The notes beneath the pieces are model-generated. The model made no database searches and was not told where the DNA came from. It was given only the letters and a program-made list of their open reading frames with translations. A stretch of 63,980 nt of DNA, counting the filler, from Porpidia crustulata (Eukaryota): NCBI GenBank assembly GCA_964255105.1. It is 7 parts of 7 records of this genome, joined end to end, with 100 filler letters (N's around TTAATTAATTAA, not from the genome) between each part and the next. Parts side by side here need not be neighbours in the genome. Positions count along the whole stretch, not along the records: positions 18,520 to 27,667 come from CAXUWE010000984.1; positions 27,768 to 36,914 come from CAXUWE010000985.1; 5 more parts are not named here. The stretch is one strand, 5' to 3'. Positions within the stretch are counted from its first letter, which is position 1. The number at the start of each line of letters is the position of its first letter. A program made the translations under genes and the position numbers. This document shows positions 25,143 through 37,014 of this stretch, in pieces.

Positions 25143-26664
25143 CTAGATAGAAAGAAACCCCCTTAGCAAACCCTCCGCAAGGCACTCTTCCGAGACACAA
25201 GAAAAAGGTCCTTCATCCTTTCCATATAGCCCGGTTTGCCCGTAAGGTCCTTTGCTAGATGGCATTTTCTCAGTAGGCCACGAGCCGTTCGACAGTACCT
25301 CGCCCAAATCAAAATTGCCGTGCACACGGAATGCACGCGGTTCGAAAATCAAATGGTCTACCAAATGTCAGCACCAGCTTTTCGTAGCTCAAGAGGACAG
25401 CCAAATTTGCTCACCGATGAACAGCTCAATATTTAGGTCAACCCCCTCTAATCTACGGGCAGCCATCAGGAAGCGCGCTTGTTCGAGGATATGCCAGAAA
25501 AACTCTAGAGCTTGCGGAGAATCACTGGGATCGTTTTGCTTGCCGCATAGATTACCAACTCGGATTTGCACCTCGCCGTCCCATTGGATCGAGGTGTCGG
25601 CGAAAAGATCTATGAATAGCGAAGGCATCGATATTGAGAGATTTTCGAGTCGCCTACAGTAGATGATTTGCTGGCACAAGTCTTTATGGTGCAGGGAGGC
25701 TGGATTTGGATGCCCAAAGCCATCTTCTGAAAGTGGTGAATACTCTAGAATCTGCAGCTTTTCTTGACATGCTTCCGTTAAAGCCATGATTCCGTCGATG
25801 GTTATTGAAGTGGTAGTGCCCGTAACATGCAATTCGCGAAGATTCTTTGCTGTGCGCGCCAGAGCGATGAGATCAGAGTCAGATAGCGCCTTAAGATGCG
25901 AGCTCCCAAAGATCTTCAACCTTTTGAGTCTGCTGAAATCGACTCGGGGGTCTTGCAAGGGGTGGTTATCGGTCTGATTTGCGGCGTCCTTGCTTTGCGT
26001 TTCCTTGAGATCGACCGCCAACAATTCCAGAGAAGAAAGATATCTCCCATCCGGATGTTGGGAGAGTAATTGCACCCAATTCTCAGCGGTTCCGTATCTC
26101 AGTGCCGTCCAGGGAAGTGTCAGAAATTGTAAGGCATCGCATTTTCGAAGTATGCCAAAGATGAGCTTTACAGTCTCGGCTCCATACAAGCTGTTGAACC
26201 ATAATCTACGTATACATCCAGCTAACCCAGGACTGTTTGACAGCAGCTGATCTGTCGACCTTAACGAATGGTAGGGATCTCGGTAGACTGCAACACTCGA
26301 AGGACGACCGTGCAGAGTATCTAGAATGCGAGATTCGTTCCACCTGTGCCATCCTTCAGTAAGACTGGCGTAATGGAAATGGGCGTCAAGCCAACCTTTC
26401 ACTGCCTCTCCACCTTGAAATGTATAGGTTCCTCAGAGCATGGTTGCAAGCCCAATCATGCCATTGTCGATTGACTTGTCGAATGGCGCCGCAAGCGTTC
26501 CATTCGAGAGCGTCAGGTGTTAATTGACCTCTAATATGCCGTTGAAGCTGAGAAGACTCTGCTATCTGGCCTAGACCATAGGCCCACTGCGGAGCGTCAT
26601 GCAGGTTGAGCTGAGTAGCTTCTTCAAGGATGATTGATAAGATTTCATGAGGAATTGTTTCCAT
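25143..26664 (-). CDS. Fungal hypothetical F-box/RNI(LRR)-like protein, 3 exons (26664-26396, 26343-~25416, ~25360-25143)
   Basis: F-box-like METIPHEILSIIL..IRQVNRQWHDWA. GT-AG introns fuse three ORFs in frame (GSER|WNESR; ELFI|DHLIFEP). LRR-like LxxLxL repeats. Confidence 0.75.
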
Positions 26665-27667
26665 TGTGGAAAGCACGCTTGTACAGAGATTGTTCAATAG
26701 TATTATGAAGTTTCGATGCGATTCATCGTAGTTATCAGCTTAACATGAGATAGATGCAGCGACTCCACCTATGTATATGCGCAGGATAGCGCAAGGTCTT
26801 CACGCCTGAATCATTCATCATCTTGAAAGATTCAAACATCATGAGATCTATTAGTCAATTCTCTCGTATAGTGGGGACTCTACCATGAGAAATTGAAGAT
26901 TATGGGGTAATAGCACGACGAATGATTGGTGAGAAGAAAACTCGAATGAGGCGTGTGAGGTAAGCCAACCGTTGCCAAGATATGGGCTTGGCAATCTTTT
27001 TCTGGACGCGCACTACGTGACTACGTGGCAATCAATCATCAATCCCTTCTACTTCTCACATGAATGGTTGGGAAACTCCTCGACGGTAATGTGGCAAACC
27101 CGTGAGAATTACATTCTTGGCGGACATATTTTCTAAGTAGCCGTTGTAAGTAGCGGGAACTGAATGTGAAGCAATAGCCTTTTTTTTTATTAAAAAAAAG
27201 ATGACATCTCAAAGTTCTCCTGGACGTTGCCCACGTTCGTATCAGTTCTCCTTTCCCTATCCAATCTTCCTTCCCTCAGCAGCTCGTCGTATCACCATAC
27301 GCACCAGCCCGAAGTTCTCCAGTCCCGAAATTCTTTTGACCCGTGAGAGCCATTTTGCACCTCTCCAGAATAACAAGCAATTCCACCTGAATCGAAGATT
27401 GACAATTTCGCATCTTCGGCATATATCTAGTGAGAGCTGGACTGAAAGCACCAGATAGGCTAGGCTATCTGATGGTGTACAGCTTATGGTTCCAAGTCAA
27501 TCGCAAGAAAGCCACGGAATAAGCGCTTTATCGATGGCCGATATCCGCGAGATTCATGATGTTGAAACGAGCTTATATATCATGGTATATCATGGGGTAC
27601 CTTGCAGAGAGTAAGCATGTTAATAAGAATTCGAACTCCACATTTATTTCATCCAATTGAGTAACCT

Positions 27668-27767
27668 NNNNNNNNNNNNNNNNNNNNNNNNNNNNNNNNN
27701 NNNNNNNNNNNTTAATTAATTAANNNNNNNNNNNNNNNNNNNNNNNNNNNNNNNNNNNNNNNNNNNN
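27668..27767. other. Artificial contig spacer
   Basis: 44N-TTAATTAATTAA-44N. Confidence 0.98.
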
Positions 27768-30496
27768 GGCAAAGTGGCGCGGATCTGTGGCGAAGTGTTG
27801 GGGGGGAGACGGTGCTTTTATGGGGGGCTTATGATCGAATGACGGGATACGACAATGATATGATTCGAATGTATAATGAATTATGTTTGGGCTGGGAGTA
27901 GACATTAAAAGCGATTGGACTTTTTATAATTATCCTCCGCGTGCCTCGGAAGTGTCGACCCTTTTTCAAACCTCCCCTGTCTTACCACGGTGTATTCTAC
28001 AAGTGATACCTAAGGCTCCCCTAAACACAAGCACATCCATCCCGCGCTTGCAAAGCCTCCAGCCCACCCAACACAAACCAATGGATCAATCAACCCCTCC
28101 GCCGAAACGTTCTGAGGTCGTACAACGCGGGTGTACGACCCGACGCTCTAAAAAAAGTCCCTCCGAGCAAGCAGCCTTGGGCGCCCATCCAACTATCTTG
28201 CGGGAAAAGCAATCGGCCCCGCGGAGTTTGAAAAGCCTTGTTTGTGTGACTGGATTCTTGGGAGGGATGCACGACCATTCGGAGTGGGATGGTTTAGATG
28301 CTGATGACTGGCCGATAGAGTAGGCTTGGCGGCCGAGCTTCGTTTGAGCGTGATGAGGATGAGCCGTTGAGGGGGTTGTTTGGGGGGTGCGTGGGAATGT
28401 GTGGTGGGACGAGGCTCGATTCGAGTAGAATAGAGAGGAATATACCTTTGACCTTGTTAGTTGGGTCAGCTGATTTTTCCTGTATCCCTTGTTGCCTTAT
28501 ACGAGAGGTGGCTGGTGTAGCTGTCGTTCGATCCGGGCTTATTGTCTGTAAGAAGGGAGGCAGTAGAGTGATACCCCCTGTCGGTTGGTGTGACTCCCCT
28601 TTGCTTGATAATTATAATGTGAAGTAGGTCGGTAGGTACTGTGAATGTCTTAAATTATATTTACACTGCAAGCACTGCTGAAACTGGTGCCTTTATCTTT
28701 CCCTAATGTGGTCCTTTTGGATACTTTGCATGTTGAAAATGGTATCAATGAGTGACAGAAGAATGTCATGCGAATTTGGAAATGTTCTTTGAGGTGAGAG
28801 GGACTTTGTAAACGAAATTAACGAAGAGAACATCTCGATAATTGAGGAGGGCGAAATATCTAAGAGCTGAGGGAGAGAGAAAGGTGAAGATTCGACTCAG
28901 CCAGTAGGGTACGAAAGTGACTTTAGAAAGACTCAAAGATAAAACCCTAGCTCATGATTTACATGCCTTTGCTATCAGAAATAACGCTTGATGAAGTATC
29001 TATCTCATGAATCCTTGACCTACCAAGCGGGAATGCCAGATATTCAATGAAGCATAAGCGGCTCGGGGGGTTATTGATGTATCTCCGGCCTCATCAAAAT
29101 CTCTGTGATGAGTCAAAGAGGGACGGGAGCAAATGTATAGGGAAGAAATATGAGAGCGCGTTGAGGTAATAAATCATGATACTATTTGTGAATCTAAATT
29201 CAATGTTTTGGCGGGGCTCAAGACAGCCGCTTCTACTGGATTACTTTTTGAGGGCCCCTGTGTATCAATCTGTTGATGAGCGGGGGTGTCACTCTACGGG
29301 TTCCCTACAATAGGTCACTATTGTCTTGCTTAGGGAGCTGACTAGTCGACTGTTCATCCATTTGTAGAAGTTCTCTATGGATCTTGTTGCCGCTCAGTCG
29401 CGTATAGTCATGTGTCTGTCTTTCGGACACTCTGTCCAACGTAGACTCACTTGGAAGGCTCGTCTCTTTGAACAGCTTCTGATCAGGTACTCAGATACAT
29501 ATTCCAGCCATGAAACGACCATAGCTCAGGATTGCACGACAGCGGCGAAGAGACATGTAATAGTGAGATATCTCGAAATCTTTGTGAAAAATTTGAAACG
29601 TAAAGATAATGAAAGCTTATATTAAAAGCTGCCGAGGAGATTGAATGTCTTGGGAATACAAATAGCGTATAGAGTCATATGGCTCTGTTGACTTGACATC
29701 CACGGAAGATCAATCTCTCCGTTGATGAAACGGTTCTATCTGTGGACTGAGGTTTTTGTGGGCAGGGTGCAATGTATCCATTCTATGACTAGATTTAAAA
29801 ACTCGCTCAGTTCTAATATATTGCAAGATATAATGAAGCAGACGTTTTGACGATTTTGGATCAAAGTCATTGCTCATATTTACCATAAGAGTTTCTACCA
29901 TTTTATTGAGAAGTCGGGAGGATGGCCCCAAAGGCTGTGAGTCTCTCTGAATTATTGCGGTTGTAGTGATTGATAGATAGTTGTTTTCACTGATTGAATT
30001 ATTGGACTGTTGTGCGTCACTTGTAAGTGATTATACTCCATGCAATAATGTCGGTCCAAGAGATTTCCACTGAAGCAGATATCTGTAATTTTGGGTATTT
30101 TAAAATCTCGTGTATTTTTCATGGTCCCTTGCCCGAGGCCCCATAGGGCTGATAATCTACGAATACTTCATTCAGACTTTGATGATGAAATTAGCTTCAT
30201 ATGTTTACAGCCGTAATTCATTGTGCATTGTTTCAAACAGGCAAGAATAGCTTACAAAAGCTATGTGGCTTCGAACGTACTTTAAAAAAGCCTTTTTATC
30301 CCAACGAAGCTCAAGGTTGAGGGGACGCTAGCGCACAAGGGTCCTTGGACCGGCACTCGGTCTCCGACCGAGCTCTGCAGAACTGATCATCCAAGAATAA
30401 ATTTCAAAGATTTCTGAGCTTTACCATCGTGCGAGAGAGCAGTCGCAGCTAGGCACCGCCATCGGCTTTGGGTCTGCCAATATATCAAAATTCACT

Positions 30497-31907
30497 ATGG
30501 TCACCTCACGCCTCCTCCGACCAGCTTGTCGCTTCCTCACTTCTTCCCGAGCTCTTACAGCCTCCAGCAGACCCGCCTTTCAACCCGCAGCTTCATTACA
30601 GGCCATAATACCCAGGAGACGATATGCAACCCCCAGCGGCGTCAAGGAGGTCGCGGTGAGGGATGCGCTCAATGAAGCGTTGGCCGAGGAGCTGGAGACC
30701 AATGATAAGGTATTTGTGCTCGGAGAAGAGGTTGCGCAATACAATGGAGCGTGAGTAGACCTCCAGGCTTGATTTTGCTAATGAACGGAGAGTCTGGCTT
30801 CGGCGACTTAAAGCTCGTTCAAGAACTAGAGCTTCGTATGGACTTTGGGCGAGAGCTGCCGGCATGAACGGATGATCACACCAGCTAATTCAAAATCTCG
30901 ACATGTAGATACAAAGTTACAAAGGGTCTACTAGATCGATTCGGCGAAAAGAGGGTCATTGACAGCCCAATCACGGAATCAGGCTTTTGTGGTCTTACTG
31001 TCGGTGCCGCATTGGCAGGTTTACATCCTGTGGTGAGCTAAAGTCATAAGCAAGCTGGCGGCTTACAGATAGGCTGACAGTGTACCTGCAGTGCGAGTTC
31101 ATGACGTTTAATTTTGCCATGCAAGCCATTGACCAGATCATCAACTCAGCAGCTAAAACACACTATATGTCCGGTGGCATACAGCCTTGTAACATCACTT
31201 TCCGCGGACCCAATGGCTTTGCTTCGGGCGTTGCGGCACAGCATTCACAAGATTACTCGTCGTGGTATGGCAGTATACCGGGATTGAAGGTTGTTGCGCC
31301 TTGGAGCTCTGAGGATGCGAAAGGGCTGCTCAAGGCTGCGATCAGAGACCCAAACCCTGTGGTCGTTCTTGAAAATGAGTACGATCCTCACCGGTGTCTC
31401 AGATGGTCGGGACTCTATGACTAATTCAGGTCTAGATTGATGTACGGTACCATGTTCCCCATGTCGGAAGCGGCACAGAAAGACGACTTCGTACTCCCTT
31501 TTGGCAAAGCCAAGATCGAGCGCCCTGGCAAAGACTTAACACTTGTCACACTCTCCCGCTGCGTTGGACAATCCCTGACCGCGGCTGAGCAATTAAAAAG
31601 GGACTACGGTGTGGAGGCAGAGGTGATCAACCTCCGTTCCGTCAAACCCTTGGATGTTGCTGCCATAGTCAAGTCGGTTAAGAAAACGGGTCATCTAATG
31701 GCGGTCGAGAGTGGATTTCCCAGCTTTGGTGTCGGTGCCGAGATCCTAGCCTTGACGATGGAGTACGCATTCGATTACTTAGACGCCCCAGCTGTCAGGG
31801 TGACGGGCGCTGAAGTACCGACGCCTTATGCAAAAGAACTGGAAGACATGAGCTTCCCATCAGAGAATCTTATCGCCAAATACGCAGCTAAACTCTTACG
31901 GGTTTAA
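30497..31907 (+). CDS. PDB1: Pyruvate dehydrogenase E1 beta subunit, mitochondrial; exons 30497-30750, 30909-31032, 31092-31378, 31436-31907
   Basis: Presequence, [58 protein letters not shown]. Confidence 0.98.
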
Positions 31908-33469
31908 GCTAGATGAGTCTTGGGTGCGCAGACAACGCTGCAGGAGATTGGTAGCGGCGTATCCAGGGTGTAAGCTCAGGTTGTCTGTGTCATCGCTTCT
32001 CCTGTGGAATCAAAGCCTCAGATCTGATGGTGTGGTGCATGGAGCCCGTTGTGGTCTACCGCGCTCAACCGTTCCACTGGACGCAGCATTCAATTCTCCG
32101 GGCGACGCTTCGAATGCAGCAGGGATTGTCGTATTACAAGGATATCTGTATTGGTACATTCTGCGGACATATTCGGTGCATGCGCTGGGGAACATGCGGC
32201 TTAAATCCTAGAGAATTGCTTCCATGGTTGTTTTCCAGACTGCTCTGATTGTGACAAGTGATGATAAATTTAATGCTGGTTGACCAATGACAAATTCGAG
32301 GTAATTGCGGATGGTCTCGGTATTTGATAGTGCATATGTGATCGTCCCCCCTAAGCCCACCTCGTCTCTGGACTCATGAACACCTCACACCGTTCTCATG
32401 AACTATTATACCACCCCGCTCCATCACTCCCACCTCCTCCGCCTCTCCCATCGTATGCAATACTTCGGCAATCTAGACGCTGCAGTCTATGCCACGTTGT
32501 TGACAGATTCCTCTGGATGTGGCACAACAGGCGACGAGGCCACGGCACTGGAATCCCAAGGCATGATATCTAATCCAACGTCAGTCATTCGGGGACTTCT
32601 TCGCAGAAAGAATCATACCGCCAAGAACCTGACCGCCGAACTTCATCCTGCTCTCATCCTCCTTCAGATCCTTCTCTGCCCCTCGATCTAGACGTGTCTT
32701 CCTCTCCCCATCTACCCCCACGGAGATACGGGGCTTGGGCGGGTGCTTTGGTCGGGCCATTGTGCTTAAGAGCTCCTACCGGCATACAACGAATACTTCC
32801 GTGACTTCCCCCTACACGCGCGTAGATTACGAGGCTGGTCTTTCTTAGCAGCCGCCTGGCTTACGCTTTGATCTCTAATTCGCGTTTTCGGTCATTTTGG
32901 ACTTTATGCCATTGGTCTATTACATGTTTCGTCCGTAATGTCTTGAGGCTTTCGGCCTTGTTCATGCGATGCATCCTTGTCTGTCACTGGGCTGCCGCCT
33001 TCTAAAACTTGCTTACTCCTTCATCACGAGATGCCCTATGCGGCTGCCTATCTATAGCGTGTCCAATATGATTGCTATTCGTCAATTGCTTCACCTTCAA
33101 ATTGCGCGGCTTAGCAGTCTTCAGTAATGGCCGAGGATACCCTTGACATCATATCACAATTTCATAATCCAGTCACTGCCAGCATGTTGCTTCTCCATAC
33201 TAAGCCCAAATGGGTAGGAGCAATATCGTACTCCTTGATATTGCGCTCCTTTCCTTTAGATGTGATGAGGCTTCAGTTTCAATTTTAGGAATTCACTCCC
33301 ATTTATTCATGTCTCGGGTGGTCGATCTCGAAGGTCAGCACATGGAGTGGCCTATCAAGTAAACAATACATTGTGTCACAAATTGTACCCAGTGGCAATG
33401 CTTTCTATCAGCATTTCTCTGTTATAATACTTCTTGATTTACGTGAAAAATTCTGGCAGAGCCTTCAGA

Positions 33470-34822
33470 ATGGCACCCAAATCGAAGTCAGTCGCTCCTC
33501 GTGTATCTAAACAGAAGAAAAAGGTCTCCATCCCCCGGGAAAAAAATTCCCAGATACTTAGCCTACCCAGAGAATTACGAGAACAAATCTACCAGGCCGT
33601 TCTAGACATAAGCCCAACATCTCTTTACGACCTTTTGCTCATCAACCGCCAGATCTCAGGAGAAGCTAAACCATACCTGTTCCAGCAGACGTTAATCTTT
33701 GACGGCCAGTCAGAGCTGCAAAAGTGGTTGAAGACTATTGACCATAGCTTCCTCAAACTTGTTGTGGCTATTCAGTTCAAATTGCATGATGTCGATCCTG
33801 ACGAAATTGTTGGTGCTCTCGGTAAACGACTTCGGCGCGCCACTGCATCAGGCTCGTCCAACAGCTCGGACAGAGATGAGTACAGCGAGGCTTGCGAATT
33901 GGATGTACGGCGCCTAGAAAAGGCATTCCGACTGTTCCCGAATGTCAAACACTTCACGATTGCCGCAACCACCAAGGCTGACCCGCAGCCGCCCAGTTAT
34001 ATGCTTGCTTCGTTCGTAAGACTGCTTATTGCCAGCTTCCCGAACCTAATCTCACTCACTAGCCACGACGATCTGCCAATGGAATATGTGCACTGCTTGC
34101 GTAAGCTTCGCCGATTACGCTTTCGCGGGATTGGCACAAATTCCTCCCTCGAAGTAGCAAATATTTTGGGTAACCTACCAAGTCTTGTTGAATTAGAAGT
34201 TTACCGACCAGCTCCCGATTCGGCGGAAGCGTCCCTCAGCATCTTCACAGCCTTTGACCGATTCCGCTACGATATCGGAGACATCGTTGGAGAAATTTCA
34301 GATCTAGAATCCCTTACTCTCTACGAATATATGGGGAAGAAGGATAATAAAGAACTCCCCCGAGAAGTAAGGGTTGAGATGACCGATGCTTTTATGGGCT
34401 CAATTAGTGCGTTAGAACGCCACAGGCCTACCTTGCGACATCTCACGATTCTCATTGATGTGCATCTCGAACCCTCGATGCAGAAACAAATAGCGATGTT
34501 CGTCAAGTCATCACACCTACTATATCTTGAAACAATCGATAGGGATTTCCCTCCACTCGGCTATCTCCCGGCAACCATTGAGACCATTGTCTTGCGTGGT
34601 GGCTTGCATGCCTTGCCGTTTCGGCCCTGGCTTGAGAAGCTGGTCGCCATGGTGCAGCATTACAACGGCGAATTGCCAAACCTTGTGGAGGTAGTGATAT
34701 ACCGCAATGGTCCGTCCACCCCTTCAGACGAGAATCATAAGAGGTGGGCGTCTGCACAGATGCGGAACTTTGGTATTCAAGCTTGGTGGCGAGTTTGGGA
34801 TGGGAAACCGCCGCGAGATTGA
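33470..34822 (+). CDS. Hypothetical F-box-like/LRR-like protein (single exon)
   Basis: 450-aa open frame with ILSLPRELREQIYQAVL near the N-terminus and LRR-like LxxLxxLxL repeats. Confidence 0.75.
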   Translation: MAPKSKSVAPRVSKQKKKVSIPREKNSQILSLPRELREQIYQAVLDISPTSLYDLLLINRQISGEAKPYLFQQTLIFDGQSELQKWLKTIDHSFLKLVVAIQFKLHDVDPDEIVGALGKRLRRATASGSSNSSDRDEYSEACELDVRRLEKAFRLFPNVKHFTIAATTKADPQPPSYMLASFVRLLIASFPNLISLTSHDDLPMEYVHCLRKLRRLRFRGIGTNSSLEVANILGNLPSLVELEVYRPAPDSAEASLSIFTAFDRFRYDIGDIVGEISDLESLTLYEYMGKKDNKELPREVRVEMTDAFMGSISALERHRPTLRHLTILIDVHLEPSMQKQIAMFVKSSHLLYLETIDRDFPPLGYLPATIETIVLRGGLHALPFRPWLEKLVAMVQHYNGELPNLVEVVIYRNGPSTPSDENHKRWASAQMRNFGIQAWWRVWDGKPPRD

Positions 34823-35355
34823 TAAGATAGTACATTGCTGGTGGTTTTCGTCGCAATCGTCCTAGCGCTGAGGACGCCTTGTCCGGTGGCGAAATTGGCA
34901 AGTTTCTATTCCGAGCTTGACTGCCAGTGATTGTCACATAGCTACGGAGGTCAAACATACGGTGACTTGGTTGTGTGTATATAGATTTACGACTTCTTAG
35001 ATGGACATAATAGGGGAAAGCGAGTCCAGGATTACTGGAAGTGATAACAAGCATTGAGGGTGTCCGACCATCCACCGCAAGCTATTGCAATTGTTTACCA
35101 ATAGAGTCAACATGGTCTGAGCACCAGAAGTCTGAGAAAGGTTCAACACGTGACCGTGATACAATGCGGCCAAATTTAGCTAGTACAAACCTTAGGGTTA
35201 GCATCCCGGTGGCTTGAAATCCGAATCATATCCATATATTTATGTGTATATGGGTGGATTTAATGACTGGGCCACCATATCTGTCGCCTTAATAACATAA
35301 GTCAACAGAGTAGATCAGATAACTAATCTCGACCATAGCTCAAGCTCCTCGAGCT

Positions 35356-36914
35356 ATGGCGGAAACTTCACCGCGCCCCGGAAGCTCGACGCCTGCACCT
35401 TCTACTATACCTCAGAAACGAGCCCTTGGGCTTGAGGATGAACAACATATGCCAGCCGTATCTTCTCCGCTAAATCCTGACGCCACAAGCTCACGCAGCA
35501 GAAGGCCACTACCGCGAGAACAGCGCGAGAAAAAGGAGTCCCTGAAGAAGCGCGAAGCTAAAGGTGTCGATAGCACCCGCAGCGCAACTCCAGATACTCA
35601 AACCCAGGGCAAGAAAGGGAAAAAGTCAACGCAAGGTTCGAATGTCTTGTCGCCGATAAGATACAAGCTTCCGTCCCCGAAATCAAGTGATTTCGACCCT
35701 CCTAAGGCGCCAACATTCACCCCGATACTTACAAAAGCGCAACGGCAGTTCTACGAGAGCTCCGACCAGTGAGTTCGTCTTCTCTACCTCGGCGAACTCG
35801 TGTGTGGCACTGACATGAGTTTAGTGTCTACAATCGGAAAGGCTTTCGCTATATCCACTGTATAGCAGACCCCGCCTTTCCTTCCTCCCAATACCATCGC
35901 CAGTCAGAAACGGAACCCTTCGGCCCCCGTCTCAACTTCGAAGATACCTCCCCCCACATCTTGTTCGACCTTTCTGGGTGCAGTATCACGACGGAAAAGG
36001 GCTTTCGCATGGTCCGCGCAAATGTCGGTGTGCGCGAAGGCCGCTGGTACTGGGAATGCAAGATCCTCAGCGGAGTCAAGCCGCCCAACCAACCCCCAAG
36101 CAACCAAGAAGAGAGTGGCGGCCACGTCCGCGTAGGCTGGGCGCGCCGCGAGGCCAGTCTCGACACGCCCGTCGGCTTTGACGCATACAGCTATGGCCTC
36201 CGCGACGTCGCTGGACAAAAGGTCCACATGTCCCGGCCCAAGGATTTCATGCCGCCCAACACGTCCTTTTGCGAAGGCGACGTCATCGGCCTCGAAATCA
36301 CACTCCCATCTCTCGCTCTCCACCGAAAAGTGGTCGAAGGGAGCTACAACAAAGCCGTCGATGTCTCGGACGACATCATTGAACCCGGCCACAGCGCAAC
36401 AGAATGCGCGGATATGATAAGAGACCGCGTACCTATCCGGTACAAAGCACACCTCTACTTTGAGCAATTCGAATACCACTCCTGCAAGGAACTAGAAGAA
36501 CTCATGAACCCAGCCCCCGTTCTCTCCACCACCGCCTCCACCACAGCCAACCCAGCGGTCAGCCAGCCGCCCAGCCCTAACCACCCACTCGTCCCCCTCC
36601 GTACCCTCCCGTTCTCCAGCATCAAAATCTACAAGAACGGCGAGCTGGCAGGTACGCCCTTCACAAACCTCCTCGCCTTCCTGCCACCAGCCTCGAAACC
36701 CTTGAACCAAGTCGGCGCACGGGACGGGCTCGACGACGGCATGCTAGGCTACTTCCCCGCCATCAGCGTCTTCCGCGGCGGCGCCGCCGAAGTCAACTTC
36801 GGCCCCGACTTCTGGTACCCGCCCCCTGACCTTGTCTCCCCACGGAACAACACAATAAACTACGACATCGACATGATCGGCTCCAATCCCCCGCACCCAA
36901 CCCCCTCCTCCCAG
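35356..36914 (+). CDS. ASH2: COMPASS/Set1C subunit Ash2/Bre2 (SPRY domain), exons 35356-35768, 35825-gap; 3' truncated
   Basis: HVYNRKGFRYIHC, GFRMVRANVGVREGRWYWE, GHVRVGWARREASLDTPVGFDAYSYGLRD, GYFPAISVF..VNFGPDF. Confidence 0.93.
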
Positions 36915-37014
36915 NNNNNNNNNNNNNNNNNNNNNNNNNNNNNNNNNNNNNNNNNNNNTTAATTAATTAANNNNNNNNNNNNNNNNNNNNNNNNNNNNNN
37001 NNNNNNNNNNNNNN
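36915..37014. other. Artificial contig spacer
   Basis: 44N-TTAATTAATTAA-44N. Confidence 0.98.

Noticed and set aside
27768..30400. Possible transposon relic in the gene-poor start of contig 4
   Set aside because: No terminal repeats, target-site duplications or transposase/RT motifs visible.
30751..30908. Canonical TPP riboswitch, hammerhead ribozyme or stwintron in PDB1 intron 1
   Set aside because: No CUGAGA/CCUGA TPP core. CTAATGA is not CUGANGA and has no correctly placed GAAA. No nested donor plus YAG arrangement.
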